From the NCBI GenBank assembly GCA_012961925.1, contig DTYK01000230.1, forward strand, positions 797 through 64,796: a stretch of DNA of 64,000 nt, written 5' to 3'. The position numbers and the translations under genes are program-made. How positions within the stretch are numbered: position 1 is the stretch's first letter; each line of letters starts with the position of its first letter. The notes under the pieces were generated by a model. The model was not told the origin of the DNA and ran no database searches. It saw only the letters and a program-made list of their open reading frames with translations. Positions 19,859-29,434 of the stretch are shown here, in pieces. The DNA comes from Candidatus Latescibacterota bacterium. Its GTDB lineage: Bacteria; Latescibacterota; MVCY01; DTYK01.

Positions 19859-21430
19859 TTAACGGGCGTAATCAACAGCCCTTCTCTCTCGAATAACGGT
19901 CACCTTAATCTGTCCGGGGTATTCCATCTCCGCTTCGATCCGGTCGGCGATGTCGCAGGCCATCTGCTCTGCCCTTGCGTCGTCAACTACGTCGCTGGCA
20001 ACCATCACCCTTATCTCTCTGCCGGCCTGTATGGCATAGGCCTTCTCGACGCCTTCAAAAGAATCAGCCAGTTCTTCCAGCCGTTCAAGCCTCTTGATAT
20101 ATCCTTCAAGGGTCTCCCTCCTGGCTCCAGGACGTGCGCCGGAGATAGCATCGGCCGCCTGAACAAGGACTGAAATCAGAGAGGTCGGCTCGGCATCCTC
20201 ATGATGAGCGGCAATGGCGTTTTGGATGAGCTCACTCTCATTATATTTTTGAGCCAGTTCAACTCCGATCTGGGAATGGGTGCCTTCCGATTCCTGGTCC
20301 GTCGCCTTCCCTATGTCATGTAGGAGACCGGCGCGTTTTGCTGTGGCAACATCCAGCCCCAGTTCGGCAGCCATCAGTCCTGAAAGGTGTGCAACCTCCT
20401 TGCTGTGTTGCAGGACATTCTGGCCGTAACTGGTACGGTATTTAAGTTTACCAAGGAGTTTGATCACCTGGGGGTGTAGCCCATGTATACCCACCTCAAA
20501 GGCAGCTTGTTCCCCTGCCTCCTGAATGATTTCCTCCATGTCCTGTTTGGTCTTCTCCACTATCTCTTCAATCCTGCCGGGATGAATTCTTCCGTCACTT
20601 ATCAGTCTTTCCAGGGCAATCCTGGCGATCTCTCTTCGTACCCGGTCGAAACCTGAGAGGATAACCGCTTCAGGGGTGTCATCAACGATGACATCAACGC
20701 CTGTAGCTGTCTCAAAAGCCCTTATATTTCTGCCCTCTCGCCCTATGATCCTCCCTTTCATATCATCATTGGGGAGCGATACCACTGATACGGTTGACTC
20801 AACTGTGTGGTCGGTAGCGCACCGCTGAATAGCCATAGCTATTATCTCTTTTGCCTCTCTATTTGCCTGGGCGATGGCACGGTCTTTGATCTCTTTTGCG
20901 CGCTGGGCCGCCTCTTGTCTGGCCTTGTTCTCAAGGTTCGCCATAAGAAGGCTTTTGGCCTGTTCCTGGGTCATACCGGCAATCCGCTCCAGTCTCATAT
21001 TCTGCTGCTTTATTATGACTGACAACTGCTCATCTCTGGCCCTCACCCTTTTTTCTCGTGCAGACAGTTCTCGTTCCCTGGCTTGAAGCTCCCTCTCTTT
21101 AGTAGAGAGCAGGTCAACCTTCCTGTCGAGCTTTCTTTCTCGGTCTGCAATCTGACCCTCTAACCTTTGAATCTCCTCCCTCTTCTCCCGGGTCTCCCTC
21201 TCGAACCTGGCCTTCTCTCTATGCCATTCGTCCCTTGCTTCCAGAGTGGCAGTCTTTTTAATGGTCTCAGCTTCTCTCTTGGCGTCAGCAATTATCTTTT
21301 CCGCAAAGGCATTTGCATTTGCTACCTTTCCCTGCGCGATTTTATTGTTAAATAACCAACCGAGGATAAAGGTAACTATGCCAACGGCGAGTAAAATGGC
21401 TGCCCATATCACTATCTGACCTGTATCCAT
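19859..21430 (-). CDS. rny: ribonuclease Y
   Basis: N-terminal transmembrane helix, long coiled coil, KH domain and HD domain (..[17 protein letters not shown]..). Confidence 0.9.
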   Translation of the reverse strand: MDTGQIVIWAAILLAVGIVTFILGWLFNNKIAQGKVANANAFAEKIIADAKREAETIKKTATLEARDEWHREKARFERETREKREEIQRLEGQIADRERKLDRKVDLLSTKERELQARERELSAREKRVRARDEQLSVIIKQQNMRLERIAGMTQEQAKSLLMANLENKARQEAAQRAKEIKDRAIAQANREAKEIIAMAIQRCATDHTVESTVSVVSLPNDDMKGRIIGREGRNIRAFETATGVDVIVDDTPEAVILSGFDRVRREIARIALERLISDGRIHPGRIEEIVEKTKQDMEEIIQEAGEQAAFEVGIHGLHPQVIKLLGKLKYRTSYGQNVLQHSKEVAHLSGLMAAELGLDVATAKRAGLLHDIGKATDQESEGTHSQIGVELAQKYNESELIQNAIAAHHEDAEPTSLISVLVQAADAISGARPGARRETLEGYIKRLERLEELADSFEGVEKAYAIQAGREIRVMVASDVVDDARAEQMACDIADRIEAEMEYPGQIKVTVIRERRAVDYAR

Positions 21431-21753
21431 GTTAGCCTCCTTATGGCTTCCGATTGAGCCTGCTCCTGCCGGAGGATTGCATAGCAGTTCAACTAGTGGG
21501 AAATTTGAAGCCGCACGGATCTATCCCCCCTCACAAGGTTCTCAAACCAGACAAGGGGTGTCATCCAGGCAAACAAGGGGATAAGAAAAAAGATTCCCCG
21601 CTTGCACGGCTAAGATACATGTATAGAAGCTCTTTCGAAGAGGGATAATAATGCTCCCTCCCCTCTTAGTTTCTATAGAGCTCTACTCGCCGACGAAGCG
21701 GGGTTCTAAGGACTCCACCAATTCAACTTCAACGCCAGAAAGGGGTCGATAGG

Positions 21754-22104
21754 CTAATTGTTGGCCTTGCGAATTTCGCCTCTTTCGGCCCTACTGGCTG
21801 TCTTTTTCATATATTCGTCGAGCTCTTTGTCAAGCATTCTGACGAGTTTTGTTACCCTTTCATTCATCTCCGAGATCAGGTTCTGTTTCTCTGCCCTTTC
21901 TTTGAACAGCTCATCTGTCAGGTTCAAAGCCGCTGCTACCGCCACCTTTATGGTTGAGCCGACAGAACCGCTACGGGAGACCTGTCTCATTTTGCTGTCC
22001 ACATAGCGCGCTACCTCCCGGATGTATTCCGGATCGGCATCACCCTTTATAGGGTATTCAATACCGAATATATCAACCGTCACCTGGGTTTTTTCGTCTG
22101 CCAT
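21754..22104 (-). CDS. zapA: cell division protein ZapA
   Basis: Sequence MADEKTQVTVDIFGIEYPIKGDADPEYIREVARYVDSKM.., with the ZapA fold pattern and a C-terminal coiled coil. Confidence 0.7.
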   Translation of the reverse strand: MADEKTQVTVDIFGIEYPIKGDADPEYIREVARYVDSKMRQVSRSGSVGSTIKVAVAAALNLTDELFKERAEKQNLISEMNERVTKLVRMLDKELDEYMKKTASRAERGEIRKANN

Positions 22105-22176
22105 CGCAATGACATACAATGGGTTGCTGGCAAAGAGTCCTTAGTTCCTCCGCTTGAGAACATCGGCTCACTCCGT

Positions 22177-22455
22177 CTATGCACCGGATGAGACGTTAGC
22201 GGTCTCCAGTCTGGTTAGCATCTTCTCGATCTGTGATCGCATCTTTTCCTTCTTTTGATCGAGAGGCAAGACCCTTCGACGGAGCTTCTCGTTTTCAATC
22301 TTCAGAGTTTCGAATTGTCTTTCACGTTCTGAAAGAAGGAGGCGAAACCCTCTGTTCTCCTCCTCAATATTCTCGTTTAACATCTTCAAGTCTCTGATTA
22401 TTTTAACGATTCGATCTATCCTTTCCTCTAAATCAGCTAAGCTTTTGACCTCCAT
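22177..22455 (-). CDS. small coiled-coil protein, ZapB-like (cell-division associated)
   Basis: 92-aa uninterrupted heptad/charged coiled coil immediately upstream of zapA. Confidence 0.4.
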   Translation of the reverse strand: MEVKSLADLEERIDRIVKIIRDLKMLNENIEEENRGFRLLLSERERQFETLKIENEKLRRRVLPLDQKKEKMRSQIEKMLTRLETANVSSGA

Positions 22456-22493
22456 TATTACCTTCTCCTTTTTTGGGCACGAATTACATAAGT

Positions 22494-24899
22494 CTATTCG
22501 TGCTTGGAGCGAAGCCTCGCTCCGAAATCCTTTTGTAATCTGTCAACGATCCTTCCGAAAAGCTGGTCCACTTCTTCGTCGGACAAAGTCCTTTCCGGTG
22601 ACCGAAATCTAAGGGAGAAGGCCAGACTCTTCTTTCCAGCAGGAATCTGTCCTCCCCTGTATACATCGAACAGATCCACCGACTCCGTAAGTATAGGGTC
22701 AACTGACAGGATCACTTGGGCTACCTTTTCGGCCTCGACATGATCGTCCACTATTACTGCGATATCCCTGTGGGCGGCCGGAAATCTGGGTAAAGGACGG
22801 TATCTTTTTCCCCTTTTACAGCAATTCAAAAGAGCATCAAGATCAAGGGAAAAGCCATAGACCGGCTGGCTCATGTCGAATCTGGCGAGGATGTCTGGAG
22901 AGACCATACCCAGGGTTCCAAGACCCTGTCCATCGACATACACTTCTACCGCCTGCGAGGATTCATAAATACCATCCTCCAGGTGCCTCATCTCCACCTT
23001 TTCGCAACCTATCCTCTCAAGGGTCATCTCCACGATGCCCTTGATATCAAAGAAATCCACCTCTATGGTCCCTTCACCCCAGCTTTGTCCCTTTCTCACC
23101 CCGGTGATGGCTCCTCCAACCTGGATTCTCTCCAAGATGGAACCGGAAGATCCGGACGATCCTGAGCTGCAGAAGACCCTTCCCACCTCAAATATCTTGA
23201 CTCCCTCTACCTTACGATTCAGATTCCAGGCTGTCACCTCAAGTAGGCTCGGAAGTAAGGCTGGCCGTAAGACCGACATCTGGTGGCTGGCCGGGTTTGA
23301 AATCCTCACCCAGGACGTTGCAGGAACAAACAGATCCAGGGCAGCAGGGTCTATCAGGCTCGATGTAACCACTTCTGTCATCCCCAAGCCTGTCAGTATA
23401 TCCCTGATCCGGGAGATCATCCTCTCCTTCGCGTTTATCTCGACTCCCAGACTACCTGAGACCCTTTCATCGGCAGGTATCCGATCATATCCGTAGATCC
23501 TCGCTACCTCCTCGATAAGGTCGATCTCTCGGGTAAGATCCGGACGAAAACTGGGGATGCACACCTGGAGGGTATCCTCCTGTCGAAAAACTTCACATCC
23601 CAGAGATGTGAGGATACTCTCAACCCTGGTCCTCGGTATGCGTACCCCCAAGATCTTTCCTATCCGCTGAGGCCGGAGCCTGATACGAGGTGGACTCAAT
23701 CTCTTCGGGTATTGATCGATAACTCCTCTGGCTATTACTCCGCCCGATAATTCTGCTATCAATCTGGCTGCCCTGTCCAGTGCCCCCACTGTGGCGTTAA
23801 AATCAGCCCCACGTTCAAAGCGTTGAGACGCTTCAGTAGAAAGGTCCAGTTTCTTCGCCCCTGCCCTGACGACCGGGGGATGGAAATAGGCACTTTCCAA
23901 GAGCACGTCCTTCGTCTGGTCCGTCACCTCCGAGTCCATACCACCCATTACCCCGGCAACGGCAACAGGTCTCTCCGCATCAGCGATGACCAGAATATCC
24001 TCATCCAGCCGTCTCCAAACGGAGTCAAGGGTGGTGATAACCTCGTCCTTTGCTGCCCTTCTGACGATGATCCTTCTCCCTGATAGTCTATCAAGATCAA
24101 AGGCATGGAGCGGATGTCCCAACTCCATCAGCACGTAATTGGTGACGTCCACGACGTTGTTGATCGGCCTTAACCCGGTCATCTCCAGCCTTCTCGCAAG
24201 CCAGGCAGGTGAAGGGCCTACACGGACACCCCTCACCACCCTTGCCGAGTAGCGTGGACAACTTTCCGTATCTTCTATCTCCACAGCGGCAAGCTCCTCT
24301 ACCCGTTCGCTTCCCTCCTCTACTGGACAGCCGGGTAGTTTTAAGGGCTTACCGACCACCACGCTCACCTCACGGGCGACACCTATCAGGCTCATACAGT
24401 CCGGTCTGTTAGGTGTCACTTCAAGGTCTAATATCACATCGCAAAGTCCAAGGGCCTGATCAAGGGGAGCTCCCACCCTGAATCCCTCAGGAAGTACCAT
24501 GATCCCTGATCGATCATCGCCAAGGCCCAACTCGGCTTCCGAGCAGATCATACCAGCCGATTCCAAGCCTTTGAACCTTCTTCTCTTAATTATACGATTA
24601 TCGGGTAGTTTTGCTCCTTGAAGGGCTACAGCAACTTTTTCCTCTTCCCTGACATTGGGAGCCCCACAGATAATAGGCAATCTTTCTGCCCCTACATCCA
24701 CCCAGCAGACCATAAGTCCGGAAGCCGAGGGGTGCCTTTCGACAGAGAGGATCTTGCCGACAACAACCCCTTCAAATCCAGGTTTCACCTCTTCGATCGC
24801 CTCCACTTCCAGACCGATCATGGTTAAGCGGTTAGCCAACTCAGGAGGTGAGAGATCGAAATCAACATAATCCTTCAGCCAGTTGTAAGGTACTCGCAT
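22494..24899 (-). CDS. pheT: phenylalanine--tRNA ligase beta subunit
   Basis: 801-aa protein with tRNA-binding, B3/B4, B5 and FDX-ACB domains; MRVPYNWLKDYVD start. Confidence 0.95.
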   Translation of the reverse strand: MRVPYNWLKDYVDFDLSPPELANRLTMIGLEVEAIEEVKPGFEGVVVGKILSVERHPSASGLMVCWVDVGAERLPIICGAPNVREEEKVAVALQGAKLPDNRIIKRRRFKGLESAGMICSEAELGLGDDRSGIMVLPEGFRVGAPLDQALGLCDVILDLEVTPNRPDCMSLIGVAREVSVVVGKPLKLPGCPVEEGSERVEELAAVEIEDTESCPRYSARVVRGVRVGPSPAWLARRLEMTGLRPINNVVDVTNYVLMELGHPLHAFDLDRLSGRRIIVRRAAKDEVITTLDSVWRRLDEDILVIADAERPVAVAGVMGGMDSEVTDQTKDVLLESAYFHPPVVRAGAKKLDLSTEASQRFERGADFNATVGALDRAARLIAELSGGVIARGVIDQYPKRLSPPRIRLRPQRIGKILGVRIPRTRVESILTSLGCEVFRQEDTLQVCIPSFRPDLTREIDLIEEVARIYGYDRIPADERVSGSLGVEINAKERMISRIRDILTGLGMTEVVTSSLIDPAALDLFVPATSWVRISNPASHQMSVLRPALLPSLLEVTAWNLNRKVEGVKIFEVGRVFCSSGSSGSSGSILERIQVGGAITGVRKGQSWGEGTIEVDFFDIKGIVEMTLERIGCEKVEMRHLEDGIYESSQAVEVYVDGQGLGTLGMVSPDILARFDMSQPVYGFSLDLDALLNCCKRGKRYRPLPRFPAAHRDIAVIVDDHVEAEKVAQVILSVDPILTESVDLFDVYRGGQIPAGKKSLAFSLRFRSPERTLSDEEVDQLFGRIVDRLQKDFGARLRSKHE

Positions 24900-24962
24900 C
24901 GTCGCCCTTTAAACCTCATAGTAAAAAGAACCGACAGTCCGAAGCCTTTGCCCCAACCGTCT

Positions 24963-25070
24963 TCGGCTCGCCCCAAGAGTTAACGCTTTAGCATTTCAGC
25001 CTGAGTAAGACAAACCGCTGAAGTCTATCCGTGAATGAAAGCCCAAAGGCTGAACTCCGACTTGCCTTCC
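24963..25070. repeat. copy A of a ~110-nt conserved intergenic element (pheS-pheT spacer)
   Basis: Shares (A/G)GAGTTAA(C/T)GCTTTAGCATTTCA...GAC...ATGAAAG...AACTCC(G/A)ACT(T/C)GCC with copies at 38329-38440 and 44468-44580; compensatory arm changes (see findings). Confidence 0.7.
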
Positions 25071-25072
25071 GC

Positions 25073-26086
25073 TCAGAATTGTTCTACGAACCTCAGGTCA
25101 TTTTCGTAGAAGAGCCTGACATCGTCTATCCCGTATTTTATCATCGCTATTCGTTCAATCCCCATACCGAAAGCAAAGCCGGAATATCTCTCGGCATCAT
25201 ATCCGACCTTTTCGAAGACGTTCGGGTCAACCATTCCTGCGCCGGCGATTTCAAGCCATCCCGTTCCTTCACAGAGCTTGCACCCCTTCCCCTCACAGAC
25301 CACACAGGAGAAGTCGTACTCGACGCTGGGTTCGGTGAATGGGAAAAAATGAGGCCGTAGGCGGACTTTAGCTCCCCTCCCAAGCAATTGGCGGGCAAAT
25401 GTGGTCAACACCCCCTTAAGATCGGCCATCGTCACGTCTGTGTCAACATACAATCCTTCCACCTGATGGAAATTGGGCGAATGAGTGGCGTCGGGCGTAT
25501 CCCTCCGATAACACCGTCCTGCATGAATGATCCGCACAGGCGGTCTCTGTTTCTCCATCACGCGGATCTGTACAGGAGATGTATGAGTCCTCAGGAGCTG
25601 ACCATTCTCCAAGTAGAAGGTATCCTGGATATCGCGAGAAGGATGGTCGGCCGGAGTATTCAGGGCATCGAAGTTATAATACTCCGTCTCCACCTCCGGG
25701 CCATCCACCAGAGAGAAACCCATCCCGTGGAATATATATATGATCTCTTCGGTCACCAGAGTGAGTGGGTGCTTTCTCCCCAAAGGTAACTTTCTACCGG
25801 GCAATGTAACATCGAAGAACGCAGGAGTCCTGCCGGCTTCTCTGGTTTCAAGATCTGAAGAAACCTCTTTAATCTTCTCCAATATCGCTTTCTTCGCTTC
25901 CCCTGCAGCCTTTCCAACGATAGGGCGTTGTTCAGCGGGCATGTCCGCGATCGCCCTGAACATGCGGGTGAGTTGACCCTTTCTACCAAGATACTTGCTC
26001 TTCAACTCGGCCAGGCGCCGGGAATCAGAGCAGGCCTGGAGTTCCTTTATGGCTGATACTTTGATGCTCTCTATCTCTTCGAGCAT
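25073..26086 (-). CDS. pheS: phenylalanine--tRNA ligase alpha subunit
   Basis: 337-aa class II aaRS core with motifs 2/3 (..FHQVEGL.., ..GFAFGMGIERIAM..). Confidence 0.95.
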   Translation of the reverse strand: MLEEIESIKVSAIKELQACSDSRRLAELKSKYLGRKGQLTRMFRAIADMPAEQRPIVGKAAGEAKKAILEKIKEVSSDLETREAGRTPAFFDVTLPGRKLPLGRKHPLTLVTEEIIYIFHGMGFSLVDGPEVETEYYNFDALNTPADHPSRDIQDTFYLENGQLLRTHTSPVQIRVMEKQRPPVRIIHAGRCYRRDTPDATHSPNFHQVEGLYVDTDVTMADLKGVLTTFARQLLGRGAKVRLRPHFFPFTEPSVEYDFSCVVCEGKGCKLCEGTGWLEIAGAGMVDPNVFEKVGYDAERYSGFAFGMGIERIAMIKYGIDDVRLFYENDLRFVEQF

Positions 26087-26164
26087 GTCTGAACACCCTC
26101 ATCCTATAGCGGATTTCGATAGGCCGGAAGCTAAGAAAGTATAATTTCCCTTTAACCTGTACCG

Positions 26165-26518
26165 CTAAAGACCAGCCTTTGCCTTCTCTGCCAGTGCCGA
26201 GAATGCCCCCGGATCAGAGATTGCCAGGTCAGCGAGGATCTTACGGTCAACCGTTACCCCAGCCTTTTTCAGGCCGGCCATCAACCTGCTATATGAAATA
26301 CCATAAGACCTGGCGGCTGCATTAATCCTGACTATCCAGAGCCTTCGGAAATCCCGTTTCCTCTGCCTCCGATCTCGGTAAGCGTAGACCATCGCCTTAT
26401 CAACGCTCTCACGGGCCCTCCGGTAAAGCTTGCTCTTTGCCCCGCGGTATCCCCTGGCAGCCTTCAGGACCTTTCTTCTCCTCCTTCTGGATGCTACGCT
26501 GTTGGTTACTCGCGGCAT
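26165..26518 (-). CDS. rplT: 50S ribosomal protein L20
   Basis: Sequence [28 protein letters not shown].. Confidence 0.95.
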   Translation of the reverse strand: MPRVTNSVASRRRRRKVLKAARGYRGAKSKLYRRARESVDKAMVYAYRDRRQRKRDFRRLWIVRINAAARSYGISYSRLMAGLKKAGVTVDRKILADLAISDPGAFSALAEKAKAGL

Positions 26519-26553
26519 TACAAATCCCCCTAATTCAAGATTTATTAATAGCC

Positions 26554-26748
26554 TTAACTGCTAATCATCCTCTTCACCTTCCGGAGATCTACGGATTCCA
26601 CAAGAGCGGACTTCCGTAGCAATCTCTTCCTTTTGGCAGTCTTCTTCGTCAGAAGATGGGACTTGTAGGCTTTGTTTCTTTTAATCCTACCTGTAGCTGT
26701 TATTTTAAACCTTTTCGCTGCACCTCTATGTGTTTTCATCTTCGGCAT
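26554..26748 (-). CDS. rpmI: 50S ribosomal protein L35
   Basis: Sequence [33 protein letters not shown]; ATG at 26748. The ORF-track upstream extension is not homologous. Confidence 0.9.
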   Translation of the reverse strand: MPKMKTHRGAAKRFKITATGRIKRNKAYKSHLLTKKTAKRKRLLRKSALVESVDLRKVKRMISS

Positions 26749-26761
26749 CGCTTTTTGCCCC

Positions 26762-27271
26762 TTATTGTTTTGGTGAAAGGATAGCCACCAGGCTCCCGCC
26801 TTCTGAGCGGAGGGGACCCTGAAGTGAGGCCACCTCAGACGAGTCCTCAACAACTCGTTCAAGGAGTTTCCTGCCGAATTCCTTATGTATGTTCTCTCTT
26901 CCCCTGAAGATAACGGTCACCTTTACCCTGTCACCCTCAGCGAGGAACTCTTTGAGATGACGAAGTTTAAACTGATAATCGTGTTCGTCTATCTTCGGAC
27001 GCATCCTTATCTCTTTGAGATGGGAGACGTGCTGCTTCTTCTTTGCCTCCTTGGCCTTCTTCTCCTGTTCGTACTTGAACTTCCCGTAGTCCATTATTCG
27101 ACAGACGGGTGGATCTGCATTCGGTGAGATTTCCACCAGATCAAGCCCATGTTCAGCGGCCATTTGTAGGGCAGCCTTTGTATCCATTATACCAATCTGG
27201 TCTCCTTCCGGGCCGATCACCCTCACCTGAGGGCTTCGAATCTGATAGTTGATCCTGGCCTGCCTTTTAAT
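26762..27271 (-). CDS. infC: translation initiation factor IF-3, probable AUU start codon
   Basis: IF-3 homology continues upstream of the first GTG (..[29 protein letters not shown]..). The in-frame ATT at 27271-27269 lies 7 nt downstream of GGAGGTG. An AUU start on infC is a well-known conserved feature. Confidence 0.85.
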   Translation of the reverse strand: MKRQARINYQIRSPQVRVIGPEGDQIGIMDTKAALQMAAEHGLDLVEISPNADPPVCRIMDYGKFKYEQEKKAKEAKKKQHVSHLKEIRMRPKIDEHDYQFKLRHLKEFLAEGDRVKVTVIFRGRENIHKEFGRKLLERVVEDSSEVASLQGPLRSEGGSLVAILSPKQ

Positions 27272-27303
27272 AGGTAATCACCTCCTTCGCCCTATTTGGT
27301 CCT

Positions 27304-29226
27304 TCACATCCTCTTACGGATCTCGTCCAGAATCCTCGTCCGAAACTCCTCTAACTTCACACTTCCAAGGTCGCCCTCACCCCGTTTCCTCAAGGATAAG
27401 GTCCCTTCCTTCACCTCTCTCGAGCCGACTACCAGCATGTACGGGATCTTCTGGATCTCTGCATCTCGAATTTTATGTCCGATCTTTTCGCTCCTCCGGT
27501 CAACCCACACCCTGATCAAATCGGCTTTGAGCGCTTCGGCGACCCTTTCGGAATACTCCATCTGTACATCGGTAATGGGGATGATGGCAACTTGTATAGG
27601 AGCCAGCCAAACCGGGAAGGCACCACCATAGTGCTCTATCAATCCCCCGATAAAGCGCTCCATCGCACCGAGCACCGTGCGATGGATCATAACTACCGAA
27701 TGCTCCCTTCCATCCTGGCCGATGTAGTTTATGTCAAAGCGTTCGGGTAGATTAAAATCCACCTGGATTGTTGGCCCCTGCCACTCCCTCCCAAGGGCAT
27801 CTTCGAGTTCAATATCGATCTTTGGTCCATAGAAAACACCTTCACCAGGATCCACCTGGTAGTCCAGCCCCATCTTTTCGAGGGTCATCCTTAGTGTATT
27901 AGTCGCTTTCTCCCAGGCTTCATCCGATCCGATTGACTTCTCAGGCCTTGTACTCAGATATGCCTTATAGCTGTAACCAAACGTGTCCATCATAAACTGG
28001 ACCAAATCCAATACACCCACGATCTCATCAGGTAGTTGCTCCTCGGTGCAGAAAATATGGGAATCATCCTGGGTAAACCCACGCACCCGAAGCATCCCAT
28101 GTAACACTCCTGACCTTTCATACCTGTAAACTGTGCCAAGTTCCGCATATCTTATTGGGAGGTCCCGGTAACTTCTCTGCCTGGTCTTGAAGATCAATAT
28201 ATGCCCGGGACAGTTCATAGGCTTGAGACGGTACGGTATGCCGTCAATATCCATCGGTGAATACATAAGGTCAGAGTAATTCTCTATATGTCCGCTGATC
28301 TGATATATCCTCTCGCTGGCAATATGGGGTGTGTACACGAGCTTGTATCCTCTTTTCCAGTGCTCTTCCTTCCAGAACTCCTCGATCACATTTCTGATCA
28401 CTGCACCATTTGGATGCCAGTGGATCAACCCTGCGCCGACGTCCTCATGTACGCTGTAAAGGTCAAGCTCCTGCCCCAGTCTCCGATGATCTCTTCTTTT
28501 CGCCTCTTCCAATTTGGAGAGGTACTCATCGAGTTGCTTTTGTTCAGGAAAAGAAATGCCGTAAATGCGCTGAAGCATTGGGTTTCTCTCGTTCCCCTTC
28601 CAGTATGCACCGGAGCTACTGAGGAGCTTGAATGCCTTTATGTAACCCGTAGAGGGCAGATGCGGTCCGCGGCACAGGTCAATAAAACCGTCCTGTTGAT
28701 ATATGATTGGCTGCTCCTCTGCATCAAGTTCCTCGATAAGTTCGACCTTGTAGTCTTCCCCCTTTGAGGTGAACAACCTTTGCGCCTCCGCCCTTGAGAC
28801 TTCTTTTCTCCGAAAGGGGAGATCTGCCTTTACGATCCGGCGCATCCTCTCCTCGATCTTTTCCAGATCTCCTGGCGAAAAGGGGTTTTGGACATCGAAG
28901 TCATAATAGAAACCGTTCTCAATCGATGGTCCGACCCCTAATTTTGCCTCAGGAAAGAGTTCCTTCACAGCCTGAGCAAGGATATGAGAGGTACTGTGCC
29001 AGTAAACACCCTTACCTTCCGGACTCTCGAAGGAGAGAAGTTTTACAGCACAATCGGAGGTCACCGGGGTAGAGAGGTCAACCAACCTCCCATCCACCCT
29101 GGCCACTAAAGGGACGTTTGATCCGAGATCTATCTCTGCAACAATATCAAACAGACTTGTCCCAGCCGGGTATCTCCTCTCAACTCCATCAGAAAAGGTA
29201 ACCGAAATCAGCTTCTCCTCTGACAT
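27304..29226 (-). CDS. thrS: threonine--tRNA ligase
   Basis: 640-aa protein with TGS, editing, class II core (..HRDLPIRYAE..) and anticodon-binding domains. Confidence 0.95.
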   Translation of the reverse strand: MSEEKLISVTFSDGVERRYPAGTSLFDIVAEIDLGSNVPLVARVDGRLVDLSTPVTSDCAVKLLSFESPEGKGVYWHSTSHILAQAVKELFPEAKLGVGPSIENGFYYDFDVQNPFSPGDLEKIEERMRRIVKADLPFRRKEVSRAEAQRLFTSKGEDYKVELIEELDAEEQPIIYQQDGFIDLCRGPHLPSTGYIKAFKLLSSSGAYWKGNERNPMLQRIYGISFPEQKQLDEYLSKLEEAKRRDHRRLGQELDLYSVHEDVGAGLIHWHPNGAVIRNVIEEFWKEEHWKRGYKLVYTPHIASERIYQISGHIENYSDLMYSPMDIDGIPYRLKPMNCPGHILIFKTRQRSYRDLPIRYAELGTVYRYERSGVLHGMLRVRGFTQDDSHIFCTEEQLPDEIVGVLDLVQFMMDTFGYSYKAYLSTRPEKSIGSDEAWEKATNTLRMTLEKMGLDYQVDPGEGVFYGPKIDIELEDALGREWQGPTIQVDFNLPERFDINYIGQDGREHSVVMIHRTVLGAMERFIGGLIEHYGGAFPVWLAPIQVAIIPITDVQMEYSERVAEALKADLIRVWVDRRSEKIGHKIRDAEIQKIPYMLVVGSREVKEGTLSLRKRGEGDLGSVKLEEFRTRILDEIRKRM

Positions 29227-29269
29227 ACACTCCCCAGCCTCTTCTATCGTTAAGTTTATTCTGATTATC

Positions 29270-29346
29270 TGGTGGGCGGTACTGGACTTGAACCAGTGAC
29301 CTCTTGCATGTCAAGCAAGCACTCTAACCAACTGAGCTAACCGCCC
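29270..29346 (-). tRNA. tRNA-Val (anticodon GAC), CCA encoded
   Basis: Cloverleaf folded by hand: GGGCGGU/ACCGCCC acceptor stem, D-arm GCUC/GAGU, anticodon stem CUUGC/GCAAG with loop UUGACAU, T-arm ACUGG-UUCAAGU-CCAGU, then ACCA. Confidence 0.9.
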
Positions 29347-29434
29347 TTGAAATCCTGAACGAACACACCCGCAACGGTGAGATATTCGATCATAAAAAAT
29401 TTACCACATTAAGGCCCGCTTGTCAAGGGGCAAA

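Noticed and set aside
19337-20173. 278-aa plus-strand ORF antisense to ymdB/rny, and similar long antisense ORFs (10487..10828, 23035..23496, 42526..43125, 38434..38943)
   Set aside because: Each lies entirely antisense within a well-conserved protein-coding gene, has no recognisable domain, and is the expected by-product of long sense ORFs at ~50% GC.
21431-21753. Protein-coding potential (ORF 21454..21648) and regulatory palindromes in the 323-nt rny upstream region
   Set aside because: The 64-aa ORF has no start context or recognisable features. A GAGGGA/TCCCTC hairpin and a TAGAGCTCTA palindrome (21673-21690) are present but lack U-runs or recurrence elsewhere in the window, so they are noted only as a possible rny leader structure.
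27227-27303. Possible ribosomal-protein L20 leader / T-box upstream of infC, thrS or pheS
   Set aside because: The thrS-infC spacer is ~30 nt, thrS is preceded directly by tRNA-Val (44 nt), and the pheS spacer is 78 nt. There is no room for a ~200-nt T-box or L20-binding leader.
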